Source: Nemertoderma westbladi (lineage: Eukaryota; Animalia; Xenacoelomorpha). From it: 42,434 nucleotides of DNA. The position numbers were made by a program, and so were the translations under genes. This document shows, in pieces, positions 1 to 12,935 of the stretch (position 1 is its first letter; each line of letters opens with the position of its first letter). The notes under the pieces were generated by a model. It saw only the letters and a program-made list of their open reading frames with translations. It did no database searches and had not been told where the DNA came from. The DNA is taken from assembly GCA_032718475.1 (NCBI GenBank), contig JAUCBJ010005776.1, positions 1 through 42,434 on the forward strand, written 5' to 3'.

Positions 1-459
1 AACCTCTATGAAACAATAAAGATGCCTCCAAAAAATACTGCAGTAATAAATATTTGTTACTGAAAGTAAGAATTAAACTTGCTGCAGTAATAAAAAATTG
101 TATTTTTCTGCAGTAACAAATAATTTGTTACTGCAGTAGAAATTTTTATTCAATTATTTATTAATATTGATTACTGCAGTATTAATTTTTATTCAATTAT
201 TTATTAATTTATTAATATTGATTATTGCAGTAATAAATATTTGTTACTGCAGTAATAAATATTTGTTACTGCAGTAATAAATATTTATTACTGCAGTAAT
301 AAATATTTATTACTGCAGTAATAAATATTTGTTACTGCAGTAATTGTTATATGTTACTGCAGTAACTAATATTTAATACAGCAGTATTTTTTGTAGGAAT
401 TTTTATTGTTTCATAGAGGATTTTATTAATTTATATTTGGGCTCTTTAGAGACGCCGTA
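1..459. repeat. MITE/foldback-like element (cut by window start) with internal palindromic ~22-bp tandem repeats
   Basis: cctctatgaaacaataaa (3-20) is the reverse complement of tttattgtttcatagagg (402-419); the interior is repeated (g/a)ttactgcagtaataaatattt units built on the palindrome ttactgcagtaa. Confidence 0.6.
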
Positions 460-1624
460 ATTGCGGGCTATCGGAATGTGTTGGTATTTGTGTCATAGAC
501 AGTTTGTCTGTTGCCCTATCTATATTAATGTATAGTGCTAAAACTGTACTGTTTAAATTTGTTTAGCCCACGTGAACGCCGAATACCTTTACCAATGCAT
601 TTCAATGGTCAACCAGCCATACTTTGCCGCACTGTAAATTGTGTTATACAAAGTAAAGAATAACGATAGAGGCAGGAATAAAGATAAATGATTCAAGCGC
701 ACTAATTGGCTGTTCCCATAGATGTTTTAGGCATTGTTGGTGCGCAATGCATATGGTCAGAGCGACCGCCCAGTCTGCCAAAATCTATTATGTAATCAAA
801 TGGTACCACAAGCCAAGCAAAGCATGTGACAGTTCTTTCCGACTCTGCACCTGTTTGTTTGAAGGTCGCCGACCGTGGGTCGCTACTCACTAGCTGTGAT
901 TGATAGTTTAAACTGGGTGCCGCTTTGCCAGAAGGCGGTACACATCAATTGAATATGAGGCAAACATTTAAAATATGCTCAAATATAAACGCCAGCGGCA
1001 GGGGATATTTTAATATCTCTATTAAGCTAAAACAACACAAGAGTGTAGCCGTTCTATCGTACTTGAAAGTCGAAAGCCTTTCTTAGTTTTTAAGAAGGAA
1101 TTCTCGCGCTCTCGTCAACATAGTTATCATATTAATTAAACAGTTAAGGTAGTACGGTTTGACCTGAGGTGACTAATGAAATGAATAACAAATGTTATTA
1201 CAAGCTTTCTCCCAACAGGGCTTCTTTAGGTCATTATAATGAAACTGCGTATACACAGAGAAACTACAGTGCAGTTTCTCTTATATTAATTGTTAATCTG
1301 ATATTGTATTATGTTATTAAAATAATCAATCTTGTCAAGCATTAATCTTGTTTCACAATTATGTTTCATGTATTATTTGAATGAATGTTTTTTAGAAAGA
1401 CTTTAGGGTGCCGTAAATTCAATTTGTACTTGCGACCGAAAACCCATCCTGTAATGACCTCAGGAACCTCAATTTGATAAATTAATGGGAATATAGCTTC
1501 TATGCAACAACTGGCCAACACACAAGTATCACTTTGTTGCCCGCATAATATTGTTCCCCGAGAATGCCTCTGCCTCTCAGTTAACTTACCACGAGCTGTC
1601 AATCAGGAATACCTCGGAGTTTAT

Positions 1625-1851
1625 TTTCTCAAAGAATTAAAAGTGCCGCAAACTACCTCAAAGTGACATTTCTCAAAGAATTCAAAGAATTCAAAGTGCC
1701 TAAACGCAGGAAATCACTTTGAGATTCCCAACTAAAAGTGTCTACAAGAATTCAAAGCGGCCGTTGGGAGTAATGTAATGACTTTTAGACACTTTTAGAA
1801 AAACTTTGAGAAAATCTCAAAGAACAGATGCACTTTGAGACCCCGACTGTA
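1625..1851. repeat. Degenerate small DNA-transposon/MITE fragment
   Basis: Clustered ctcaaag/ctttgag motifs in both orientations, ending ...gaccccgactg|ta (CAGT terminus plus TA on the minus strand). Confidence 0.3.
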
Positions 1852-1884
1852 TATTTAGTATTCCATGGTACTATACTGCCTCAC

Positions 1885-3668
1885 ACCGGGCTTGAACCAA
1901 CTTTTAGTTCGAAAAAATTGAACGGTCAAAATGAATGTCTCACGTGATTCATATCAACATTCTGACTTAAAAAAACCAAATTTAAAAAAAAACGGTCGAT
2001 TACTTTTTGAAATAATTGAAAAAAACCATTTTTGACCAAAAATATAGCACTTTGACACCAAATTTTCAAATATAAAAATGCAAAAGCTAAAATTGAACGG
2101 TGAAAAAGAGTATCTCATCTGGTTAATATGGTCATTCTAACTACAAAAAATCAAATTAAAGAATTTACAGTCGATTGCTTTTTAAAAAATTGAAAAAAAT
2201 AACTTTTGACCAAAAATAGCATATTTACTGTAGCACTAAGTTTTCAAATATGAAAATCAATAATTACAATCATATAGGTATTTATTCTTTTTCCACAAAG
2301 GTTTTCATGTAAGGCGAGTATAATAGTAATATTTTCCAAAAGACTTGGTGATATGGTATGCTATTTTTCAGTGGGTGCGAAAAATTGGGTACGCACTGTG
2401 TAGCACCAAATTTTCATAGATGAAAATCAATAATTATTATCTTATATGTATTTATTCTTTTTCCAAGAAGGTTTTCAAGTAAGGCGAGTATAATGGTAAT
2501 AATTCCAAAAGACTTGGAAATATGGTATGCTATTTTTCAGTGGGTGCCAAAAATTGGGTACGCACTGTGTAGCACCAAATTTTCAAAGATGAAAATCAAT
2601 AATTATTATCTTATATATATTTATTCTTTTTCCACAAAGGTTTTCATGTAAGGCGAGTATAATGGTAATATTTTCCAAAAGACTTGGTGATATGGTATGC
2701 TATTTTTCAGTGGGTGCGAAAAATTGGGTACGCATTGTGTAGCACCAAATTTTCAAAGATGAAAATCAGTAATTATTATAATCTTATATTAATTTTCCAT
2801 ATTTCCTCCAGGGTTTTCATGTAAGTCGAGTGGAATGGTAATATTTTCAAGCAATGGTATGCAATTTTTTAGTGGGTGCAAAAAATTTGGTGTAAACTCT
2901 GCTGCACAATAATTTAAATTATTAAATTTCAGAAGCACTATTTGATAACTGTTTATTATTGTTGTATAGCACCAAAATGTCAATATAAAAATTACCTATC
3001 CTTTCTTATTGAAGTTCATAATAAAATTAATATAAACATAAATATATATAAACATATAAACAATGAACATTTTTGGTCCCTTTTAACGATTTGAGTACCT
3101 ACAGTATAAGGTAATAATTATTGATTTCCATATTTGAAAATTTGGTGCTGCACATTGCACAGACCATACCCAATTTTTGGCACCCACTGAAAAATAGCAT
3201 ACCATATCACAAATTCTTCTGGAAAATATTACCATTATTTTCGCCTTGTCATGAAAACCTTTGTGGAAAAAGAATAAATACCTATATCATTGTAATTATT
3301 GATTTTCATATATTTGAAAATTTGGTGCTAAATATGCTATTTTTGGTCAAAAGTTCATTTTTCAATTTTTTAAAAAGTAATCGACCGTTAATTTTTTAAT
3401 TTCATTTTTTGTAGTTAGAATGACCATATTAACCAGGTAAGATATTCTTTTTCACCGTTCAATTTTATCTTTTGCATTTTTATATTTTAAAATTTGGAGT
3501 CAAAGTGCTATTTTTGGTCAAAAACAGTTTTTTTAAATTATTTCAAAAAGTAATCGACCGTTTTTTTTTTAATTTGGTTTTTTTAAGTTAGAATGTTGAT
3601 ATGAATCACGTGAAACATTCATTTTGACTGTTCAATTTTTTTGAACTAAAAGTTGGTTCAAGCCCGGT
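1885..3668. mobile_element. Non-autonomous foldback DNA element with ~500-bp terminal inverted repeats
   Basis: accgggcttgaaccaacttttagttc... at 1885 mirrors ...gaactaaaagttggttcaagcccggt ending at 3668; inverted similarity runs ~1885-2430 vs ~3120-3668; no transposase ORF. Confidence 0.8.
2231..2900 (+). repeat. ~169-bp tandem repeat (about 4 copies) inside the foldback element
   Basis: tagcaccaaattttca... units start at 2231, 2401, 2570 and ~2740; one inverted copy lies in the right arm. Confidence 0.85.
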
Positions 3669-4252
3669 TACAGTAGTACTGCGTACTAAATAGTTAATTG
3701 ACTGCGAAGATTACAGCATTTAGGTCAGTTTATTATAATACCGTTAGAAGTATATAATGGTTTACTTTATTATTAAATTAAACTGTAGTATTGATATACG
3801 CCCCTATGACCGGAAGGCACTGATATTACCTTAATTTTATATTTTCGTTATGAAAAGTTAACGAACTAATTACAATTCGAGATTTTACATGAAGATTTGC
3901 CGTTTGGACATTTTTTATATTAATTAAATTTATAATCTGTGCGTAGAGTACCAGTACAGAAGTTTTTGTTGTATGTTATTTGGAAATGTATTATGCCTAC
4001 TTATAAGAATTAGACGATTACAGTCCTCAATATTGTATTTGAATAACCCCTCTTATACTGTAGCAGAACTCTCCACTGGCGGCATTCGGCATTGCATGGG
4101 GCTGGGGGATATGTTAATAAGTTTGCCAAAGATCTACCATGTTTCAACTGGACATTGGCTTAGCCTGCCTAAGGTTAGGCCATCCGATGCGCTGGTACAT
4201 GATACATATTGGTTGAAAAATGAAAGTAATTGATGGTTTACCTTTCAGTGAC

Positions 4253-4570
4253 AGGATACAATACGATAGGCTACGATACGAACCAATTTCTCATGATAGC
4301 ATGCGATACGAATGCTATTTTTAGAAAAAAACGATGCGATACGAAAATTGATTTTCGAAATACGAAAAAAAATTGTATATTTTTCGTATCTCTCGTACCC
4401 TATTTTTTCGAGTTGTTTAACAATTGTCACTTAGAAAATAATTTTATAAATCTCTATATAATATACTGTCTCGTCCTATATCGTAATATCTCTCGTACCC
4501 TATTTTTTCGAGTTGTTTAACAATTGTATTACACTTAGAAAATAATTTTATAAATCTCTATATAATATAC
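4253..4570. repeat. cgatacga-motif repeat fragment with ~80-bp direct duplication
   Basis: Repeated gatacga motifs; atctctcgtaccctattttt...tctctatataatatac occurs at ~4388 and ~4488. Confidence 0.5.
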
Positions 4571-4792
4571 CGGTACTGTGTAGGGAAATATTTTTAATTT
4601 CAATGTTCCAGTATGTTTGCTAAGGAACAATGCGGCCACTACTGGCTACAACAGCCATAAGAACGTTACGCAACTTGGCCTAAAAATTAGGCGTTAAAGT
4701 AAAGCTTTCTTTGGCCGTTAGACCAGGAATTAGGCATAGTGCGGTCCCCCAAGAACTAAACAACACTACAATAACAGCGTGCAATTTGATTC

Positions 4793-5080
4793 CGAGTCAA
4801 TGGGTACATCGAGTCAAAGAGTACAACAGAGTACATACACAAATGGTCAAACAGAAGTCAAGTCAAACAACAGGTCAAAGTGAACAACAGCCATGTCAAA
4901 GGGTACAAAAACCACGTCAAAGGGTACAAATGATATAGAAAGGGTAAAACAGAACAAAGTGAACAACATTGATTTTTATACTATATGAAACTCGCTGGTT
5001 ACCCTAAGTCTTAATCTAAGAAATTTTGTTTTGTTCCCTTTGACTCGTTGTACCCATTGACCTTTATACCCATTGATCTA
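4793..5080. repeat. Small inverted-repeat (MITE-like) element
   Basis: gtcaatgggtacatcgagtcaaag (~4796) vs ctttgactcgttgtacccattgac (~5038-5061); internal gtcaaa repeats. Confidence 0.45.
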
Positions 5081-5601
5081 AAGCGTTTGCAATTATTCTA
5101 TATTTTGTGTTTTCTTTTTTTCTGGAACAGTTGGGGGAAACTGGACACAAAACCTGCCTTGGCGAATTAATATCCCGCCTCAATGTTAAATTATCAATTT
5201 AGGGAAAGGAGCAGGTTATAGTGGCACGTTATTTTAACCAAAACAATAAACTAAGCACAATAGAACAGGTTTCAGTTTTATTTTTGAGAATAATCAGCTG
5301 TTATTTGCGTCGAATTCTCCCTGGAGAGGGATGAATTTTTATTGGGTCTAGTTCCTCCCCCCCCCCCCCCCTCCCCTCCCCCCCCCCATCTGTTCTTCCC
5401 ACGCCCTGTTGATGATGTTTAAATATATTCAAAGTTCAAAGAGAGTGAATTCGAATGCAATGCAACCATTGATACTAGGCCTACACCAAGGTGGAACCTT
5501 TGTACTGTATTTATACAGATTAATTTGCTTCAGGTATTATATCCGTATACATTCCATTCTCGAACCTACAATAATTATATTTTAGTATATTTTGGGGACT
5601 T

Positions 5602-7507
5602 AAAGTAAGAGCGCCGTGAAAGGGGGCAAAGTAAGGGCGCCGTGAAAGGGGGGCAAAGTAAGAGCGCCGTGAAAGGGGGGGCAAAGTAAGAGCGCCGTGA
5701 AAGGGGGGCAAAGTAAGAGCGCCGTGAAAGGGGGGCAAAGTAAGAGCGCCGTGAAAGGGGGCAAAGTAAGAGCGTCGTGAAAGGGGGGCAAAGTAAGGGC
5801 GCCGTGAAAGGGGACAAAGTAAGAGCGCCGTGAAAAGGGGGCAAAGTAAGAGTGCCGTGAAAGGGGGCAAAGTAAGAGCGCCGTGAAAGGGGGCAAAGTA
5901 AGGGCGCCGTGAAAGGGGGGCAAAGTAATAGCGCCATGAAAGGGGGGCAAAGTAAGAGCGCCATGAAAGGGGGGCAAAGAGCGCCGTGAAAGGGGGCAAA
6001 GTAAGGGCGCCATGAAAGGGGGGCAAAGTAAGAGCGCCGTGAAAGGGGGGGGGGAAGTAAGAGCGCCGTGAAAGGGGGCAAAGTAAGGGCGCCGTGAAAG
6101 GGGGGCAAAGTAAGAGCGCCGTGAAAGGGGGGCAAAGTAAGAGCGCCGTGAAAGGGGGGCAAAGTAACAGCGCCATGAAAGGGGGGCAAAGTAAGAGCGC
6201 CGTGAAAGGGGGGCAAAGTAAGAGCGCCGTGAAAGGGGGGCAAAGTAAGAGCGCCGTGAAAGGGGGGCAAAGTAAGAGCGCCGTGAAAGGGGGGCAAAGT
6301 AAGGGTGCCGTGAAAGGGGGGCAAAGTAAGAGCGCCGTGAAAGGGGGGCAAAGTAAGAGCGCCGTGAAAGGGGGGCAAAGAGTGCCGTGAAAGGGGGCAA
6401 AGTAAGAGCGCCGTGAAAGGGGGGGGGGGCAAAGTAAGAGCGCCGTGAAAGGGGGGCAAAGTAAGAGCACCGTGAAAGGGGGGCAAAGTAAGAGCGCCGT
6501 GAAAGGGGGCAAAGTAAGAGCGCCGTGAAAGGGGGGCAAAGTAAGAGCGCCGTGAAAGGGGACAAAGTAAGAGTGCCGTGAAAGGGGGGGCAAAGTAAGG
6601 GTGCCGTGAAAGGGGGCAAAGTAAGAGCGCCGTGAAAGGGGGCAAAGTAAGAGCGCCGTGAAAGGGGGGCAAAGTAAGAGCGCCGTGAAAGGGGGGCAAA
6701 GAGCGCCGTGAAAGGGGGCAAAGTAAGAGCGCCGTGAAAGGGGGCAAAGTAAGAGCGCCGTGAAAGGGGGGCAAAGTAAGAGCGCCGTGAAAGGGGGGCA
6801 AAGTAAGAGCGCCGTGAAAGGGGGGCAAAGTAAGAGCGCCGTGAAAGGGGGGCAAAGTAAGAGCGCCGTGAAAGGGGGGCAAAGTAAGTGCGCCGTGAAA
6901 GGGGGGCAAAGTAAGAGCGCCGTGAAAGGAGGGCAAAGTAAGAGCACCGTGAAAGGGGTGGCAAAGTAAGAGCGCCGTGAAAGGGGGGCAAAGTAAGAGC
7001 GCCGTGAAAGGGGGGCAAAGTAAGAGCGCCGTGAAAGGGGGCTATAATGTCGGGGGGAGGTGGGTCTTCAAGTAAGAGCGCCGTGAAAGGGGGCTATAAT
7101 GTCGGGGGGGTGGGGGGGGGGACTTCAAGTAAGAGTGCCGTCAAAGGGAGGTAAAGTAAGAGCGCCGTGAAAGGGGGGCAAAGTAAGAGCGCCGTGAAAG
7201 GGGGCAAAGTAAGAGCGCCGTGAAAGGGGGGCAAAGTAAGTGCGCCGTGAAAGTGGGGCAAAGTAAGAGCGCCGTGAAATGCGGGCAAAGTAAGAGCGCC
7301 GTGAAAGGGGGGCAAAGTAAGTGCGCCATGAAAGGGGGGCAAAGTAAGAGCGCCGTGAAAGGAGGGCAAAGTAAGAGCGCCGTGAAAGGGGGGCAAAGTA
7401 AGAGCGCCATAAAAGGGGGGCAAAGTAAGAGCGCCGTGAAAGGGGGGCAAAGTAAGAGCGCCATGAAAGGGGGGCAAAGTACGAGCGCCGTGAAAGGGGG
7501 CTATAAT
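5602..7507. repeat. 27-bp G-rich minisatellite/satellite, ~70 copies
   Basis: Unit gcaaagtaagagcgccgtgaaaggggg(g) with variable G-run length; ORFs in several frames are repeat artefacts. Confidence 0.95.
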
Positions 7508-7588
7508 GTTGGTTAAGATGAGAATTAGCTACCATTCAAATGTTCGTAATTATTCTTTATTACATGTTACAGTATATTACACGTACAT

Positions 7589-7790
7589 TATAATAATAAT
7601 GATATTGGTTATTTATATAGCGCTTTTTTATGCTCGGCACACTCAAAGAGCTTTTATTATCATTACACCAGCGGAGCCAGGTTCCCATTATACCACTGGG
7701 TTGGCATAGGCACTAATGTATAAAGTGTCTTGCCCAGTGACACAACAGTGCGAAATTTCTACAGCATTTAGTCGGATTCGAACCTGCGCC
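7589..7790 (-). mobile_element. tRNA-derived SINE fragment with L2-like 3' tail
   Basis: Minus strand has a B-box ggttcgaatcc (7774-7784), the common SINE body motif gtgtcactgggcaagacactt, and 3' end aaagcgctatataaat followed by an (att)n tail. Confidence 0.6.
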
Positions 7791-8129
7791 ACAAAACACT
7801 ATTATCAACTTATTCCAAAAAAAAACAAATTATAAATAAACGTAATATCGTGACCATTGATGATAGAGCCAGAACAACACATACCACAATTAAAAAAAAG
7901 AAAAATCACCAAAATTACTCAAGATGGCGTTCTACATCTTATGTTAAAATCCTAGTCTTGTATGTCAGTCCGTTTAGGAGATATGGAAAACCAGAACAAT
8001 CCTCACAACATATAAGTTGAAAACTGTTAGAGGTATGTAAAACAACACATACCACACTTATTCGAAGCAAAAGAACCCAAACCACACAATGCAATGTAGT
8101 CCAGGAGACGCCCTTACTCAACCAATACA

Positions 8130-8701
8130 TGTTAGCGGATTCAATTCCGCTAACCACCCCATAAAGTTGGGAAACGGTGCCTTTAAGCAATATTGGACAA
8201 CACGAGGTTGATTACCAATCAACCTCGTATCACCCCCAATAAACGGGGACGACAAACCCCAAAGGGCCGTACACAATGGGGGTCAGAGGTTACACCTCCG
8301 GGAGAGGGAAAGTGACAGTAGCGGGGGGGGGGGGGGGGGGGGGAACACTCCCAGAAGGATGTGAGGCGAGAATTAGGTTACTAGCCAATGGGAGGCAAGC
8401 ATCCGCTGAGTGATAGGGCCACTGTAGGGTGATTAGATATATATTACCGGTCGGTGCCCATAACATTCAGTAGTTTGCTCAGTCACATTATTGTTTGCAG
8501 AACGGTGACACTTTAAGACTGTCACCACCATCACCAATACACATTATCATTACCGGTATACTGTGCTGTCATTACTCTGTCTATCTTATATACATATATC
8601 TTATCAATAATACTGGATGAACGACAAACTCTTTTCTTTCATTCGCACAGCAGGGACGCGTATATAAACCAAACTGGTCGGGATCCTCTGATCCCGTCAC
8701 A
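8130..8701 (+). repeat. 5' LTR (572 bp)
   Basis: Starts tgttagcgga, ends cccgtcaca; roughly 97% identical to the 3' LTR by eye apart from one 28-bp indel. Confidence 0.95.
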
Positions 8702-8765
8702 GTCTTAAAGTCTAAGAACTGCCAAATTGTGACTGCCAGCCACCAGAGAAGAACAGAGTTAAGAG

Positions 8766-11295
8766 ATGAGTCAAGAAGAAGAGACAACACCACCGTGGAC
8801 CCCGGACGACGATAACCTAACGATCCGCGAGGCTGCGGCGCGACGGTATCGACCCACGAGGCCGGATTCGTCGACGATAGACGATCGGCAATCCAAGCGG
8901 AGGGGGGCCGTCTACAACGAGGGACGAGCGAGTGGAGAGAAGGGAGAGACGAGTCGACGCACGACAGCGCACGAGGTACCAATGTCGCCGGCCAGCCACA
9001 GGCCGAGGGTGACGGACGGCCCACCGGAACGGCGACGGTGGGGCCGCCGGTACGACGCCGAACACGGAGAGAAAGAGGGGACGTCGGCGACGAGGACGTC
9101 GGAGTCAGCGACCGGCTCCAACGAGTCTACAACGCGACAAGGAGGCAACTGAAGGAAGCCAAAGAAGGAGCAAGACTAGACCAGGTGAAACTAGAACAGC
9201 GACTAGGTGAGTCGAACAAACATTTTGACTATCTAGTCCGCTTTGGGCAAGGAGAGTTGGCGGGTGAGAGAGTGAGAAAGATCGCCACTGAACTGTTCGA
9301 ACTGTGGCAATCTAGGGGTATAGAGCCCGGTGTAGTGTACATAGGGCCATACTTAGTGGATGCCAGGGGAGTTAAGTTAGTGGGTTGGGCGGGACCGCAC
9401 GAGGGCGAATCCGAGGTTAACCCCGAGGATTCAGTCTCGTCGGTCAACGAAAACCCCGGAGAGCGGGGGAAAGTTAGCAGGATGGAGGGGCGACGAGATT
9501 CCGTCACGACCGATAAGTCCGCTACATCCTCCGCGAAAGTAAGAAGGGTGTTAGAAATAGATCTGGCGTGTCAGCGTAAAGAGCGTGAGGCGAGAAGGGC
9601 GAGTGAGCATAAAGAGCGTGAGGCGAGAAGGGCAAGCGAGCGTAAAGAGCATGAGGCGAGAAGGGCGAGCGAGCGCAAAGAGCGCGAGGCGAGGTGGCTT
9701 GAGAGGGTTGCGAGAGAGACAGAGTTGGCCGAGCAAAGTCTACGAGAGGATAGAGAGAGAAAAACGTTTGTTAATACCCCACTTACAGGGACCGGACGGC
9801 AGACCCAAGACTGGTGTAACCATATGGGTGGGGGGGGGGGGGGGGGGGGTAATAATAATACCTAGAGAACGTTAATATTAATAGTACCGTAGTAGATAAC
9901 CCTAATCAAACTTTAATTTCAGGAAATAATACTTTGCCTGACAGTAGTAATTTAAATCCGAACGATTCTAATATGAATGTACAAAGTAGTCCGAATAATT
10001 TAAATAATAATTTAAATTTAAATACGCAAAATAATTTAAATAATAATCCCGTTTCAAATTCAAATAATTCTAATAATTTAAATAATTTAGAAAATAGTGT
10101 TGGTAATGGTGCTATTAATATAAACGTGTCGGACCCAGGTGGCCCGGCAAATGAGAGCCTGGTAGGCCACGTAGTCAGTAGGCAGGGAGTAACGGGGGTG
10201 AGAAACCCCAATGAGAGCCTGGTAGGCCACGTAGTTAGTGCGCAGGGAGTGGCGGGGTTGAGTCAACCCGACGGGAGCCTGCCAGGCAACATAGTGACAG
10301 AGGGAGAGGCGGGGGTGAATAGACATAGCCGCAGTAGAGTTAGTGCGTCGACTAGAGAGGGGTGTAGAAGTGAAGTAAGAGATAGTGAAGTGATAGGTGG
10401 CGAGTGGGGGGGGGGGGGGGCTACAGGAGCCCCACAACGAGAGATTAGCGGCGAGATGGGGGGGGGGGGCTACAGGAGCCCCACAACGAGAGATTAGTGA
10501 CGAGAGGGGGGGGGGCAGAGAATTCCCCACAGGCGTCGGCGGATAGTGCGCGGGGCGGGTTGGGTGAGCCGCGGCGCCCGGCGATGGAGAGTGGCTGGGG
10601 GGATTGCGAGTGTCCCCAACGGCGTGCAATCGAGTGGAGAGGTTAACATCGCGAGAGGGCGAGCGACGAGACATCGATCACAGTCAGAAGAGAGAAGAAG
10701 ATTAGTAGAGTTTAACCGAGAGGTCGAAGAGAGAAGAAGTGAAGATAATAGAAGAGTCGTTGCTAGGAGCAACCGGAGAGCGAGGATGGATAGCGAGCCG
10801 TCGGTAGTAGAGATGGAGTTAGGGAGTCAGTGGGGTCGAACTCCGGGAGATTGCCGTCGCCCTGAGGAGACGCACCGCACGCCAGGAGAGGGGTACAGGA
10901 CGTACCGATATGAGAACGAGAACAGAAGAGGGGATCGAAGAGAAACTTCCCGACGGAATATAGCTGCCGATCGAGGGTACGGTAGTTGCGGGAAGATTCG
11001 AGATTCAAGAAGAATAAACTTCGGTTCGGAAGGGCACATGCAGACTGCAGGACATACGGTAGGCCTTACTGCACATACTATTATAGGCCATGCTGGGAGA
11101 GATAGTGTAGGCGATAGGGTAGCGCGAATGACGGGATTAGATCCGGAAGTCACGGAGTACGTGATGGTAGGTGGGCAAGAAGTGGATAGGCCTATATCAG
11201 TACCAGCACAGCAGCATGACTATAATATCCAGGGACATAACATAACCCGGTTGAGGGGGATATTGCAGATAGATGGATGGGCCCCAATATATTAA
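8766..11295 (+). pseudogene. Frameshifted gag-like region of the LTR element
   Basis: Successive + ORFs (8766-9152, 9038-9865, 9934-10497, 10546-11295), partly broken near poly-G runs; motif EVNPEDSVSSV...SATSSAKVRR followed by a coiled-coil (RRASERKERE x3-4) resembles BEL/Pao gag N-termini. Confidence 0.55.
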
Positions 11296-11384
11296 CATCA
11301 ACCCCAGTACCAAACATAACACCGGTGGGGGGGGGGGGGGGCAGGGTGACATTCCCCCATTACAAATATCCGCAGTATAGACAA

Positions 11385-12935
11385 CCAAGAACAAGTAGGA
11401 TGAGCTAGAGGAAACAAGTAGGGTGAGCTAGAGGAAACAAGTAGGGTGAGCTAGAGAGAACAAGTGGGGTGAGCTGGAGGAGAAAGATGGGAGAGATGAG
11501 AAGGGAACCGGGAATGCATTGAACTAAGTAGGGCACGGGCGTGATGACATGTTTGATGCCCGAGCAGGGTATGTTAATTAGAGTGGGTGCCGGGCACAAG
11601 AGGTGCCGGGCACAAGAAGTTAGTAGTAGAGTTAGTTGAGTTAGTAAGAGTTAGTAGTAGAGTTAGTTGAGTTAGTAAGAGTTAGTAGAGAGTTAGTAGA
11701 GTTAGTAAGAGTTAGTAGTAGTTCACATACTTAACATACCCACTTTGCCGGCACTCAGAGCATCACATGCAGGCGAGGAGACGTAAAGGGGATAAGATGT
11801 AGATAGAGTAGAGGGAGTAGATGTAGAGATAGATGTAGAGGAAGTAGATAAAGATGGGAGAGATGCGTGATGGAGGGGTGGCCCATATATTGTTGAGTGG
11901 TCCAGTAGGTTGGACAGAAAAGGGTACGGATGTGCCGAGGTGTATGCATAGGCGTAGGAGTACCTCATACGAAATATGAGAAATATGAACACCTAGGTGT
12001 AGGAGTACCTTGTATGAAGTATGAGATGTATGAGCACCTAGGTGTAGGAGTACCTTATATGAAATATGAGAAGTATGAGCACCTAGGTGTAGGAGTACCT
12101 TGTATGAAGTACGGGAAGTATGAGCACCTTTGACGGCACTGAGGGTGTCACGTACGGAATTGAGGGGGAGCATGTATACATAGCCATAGTTGAGGGTGCC
12201 AGGTAGAGTAGTAGAGGCGGGCACTTAGGGTGCCAGGTAGTAGAGTAGTAGAGACGGGCACATAGGGTGCCAGGTAGTAGAGTAGTAGAGACGGGCACAT
12301 AGGGTGCCAGGTAGTAGATTTAGAGGTAGTGGAGTAGTAGAGAGGGCACATAGGATGCCAGGTAGTAGAGTAGTAGAGACGGGCACATAGGGTGCCAGGT
12401 AGTAGAGTTAGAGAGTTAGAGGTAGTAGAGTAGTAGAGAGGGCACATAGGGTGCCAGGTAGTAGAGTAGTAGAGAGGGCACAAAGGGTGCCAGGTAGTAG
12501 AGTAGTAGAGAGGGCACAAAGTGAGGGGGGTATGTACGCATGCTATTGCCAAGGAGTAAGGAAAGTGCGAAACCTGTGGGCGCTGAGGGTATCACATAGT
12601 GAGTAGTAAGAGGGTACGTAGTACCGTTAGTTAGAGGTAGAGAGTCAGTAGAGTTAGTAGAGTTAGTAGAGGTAGAGAGTCAGTAGAGTTAGTAGAGTCA
12701 GTAGAGTTAGTAGAGTCAGTAGAGGTAGAGAGTCAGTAGAGTTAGTAGAGGTAGAGAGTCAGTAGAGTTAGAGAGTTAGTAGAGGTAGAGAGTAAGTACA
12801 GTTAGAGAGTTAGTAAAGGTAGAGAGTCAGTAGAGTTAGAGAGTCAGAGAGTCAGTAGAGTTAGAAAGTCAGTAGAGTCAGGGAGTTAGTAGAGTTAGTG
12901 GAGTCAGTAGAGTTAGCAGTAAGAGAGTAGAGAGT
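11385..12935 (+). repeat. Stack of purine-rich tandem repeats inside the LTR element
   Basis: ~22-bp unit (11390-11480), agttagtag microsatellite (11620-11722), 45-bp unit x4 (11945-12130), ~34-bp ggtgccaggtagtagagtagtagag unit (12190-12520), agtagagt(c/t) microsatellite (12625-12930). Confidence 0.85.

Noticed and set aside
702-4938. Short ORFs in the first 5 kb
   Set aside because: No recognisable motifs; most overlap repeats or start at non-ATG codons.
5520-7535. Long ORFs (LLCPPFTA / PPFHGALTL / KGGQSKSAV repeats)
   Set aside because: Open in many frames only because the 27-bp satellite lacks stops; frequent frame-breaking G-run indels.
7770-7790. tRNA gene suggested by ggttcgaatcc
   Set aside because: No cloverleaf or A-box; it sits in a SINE-like body.
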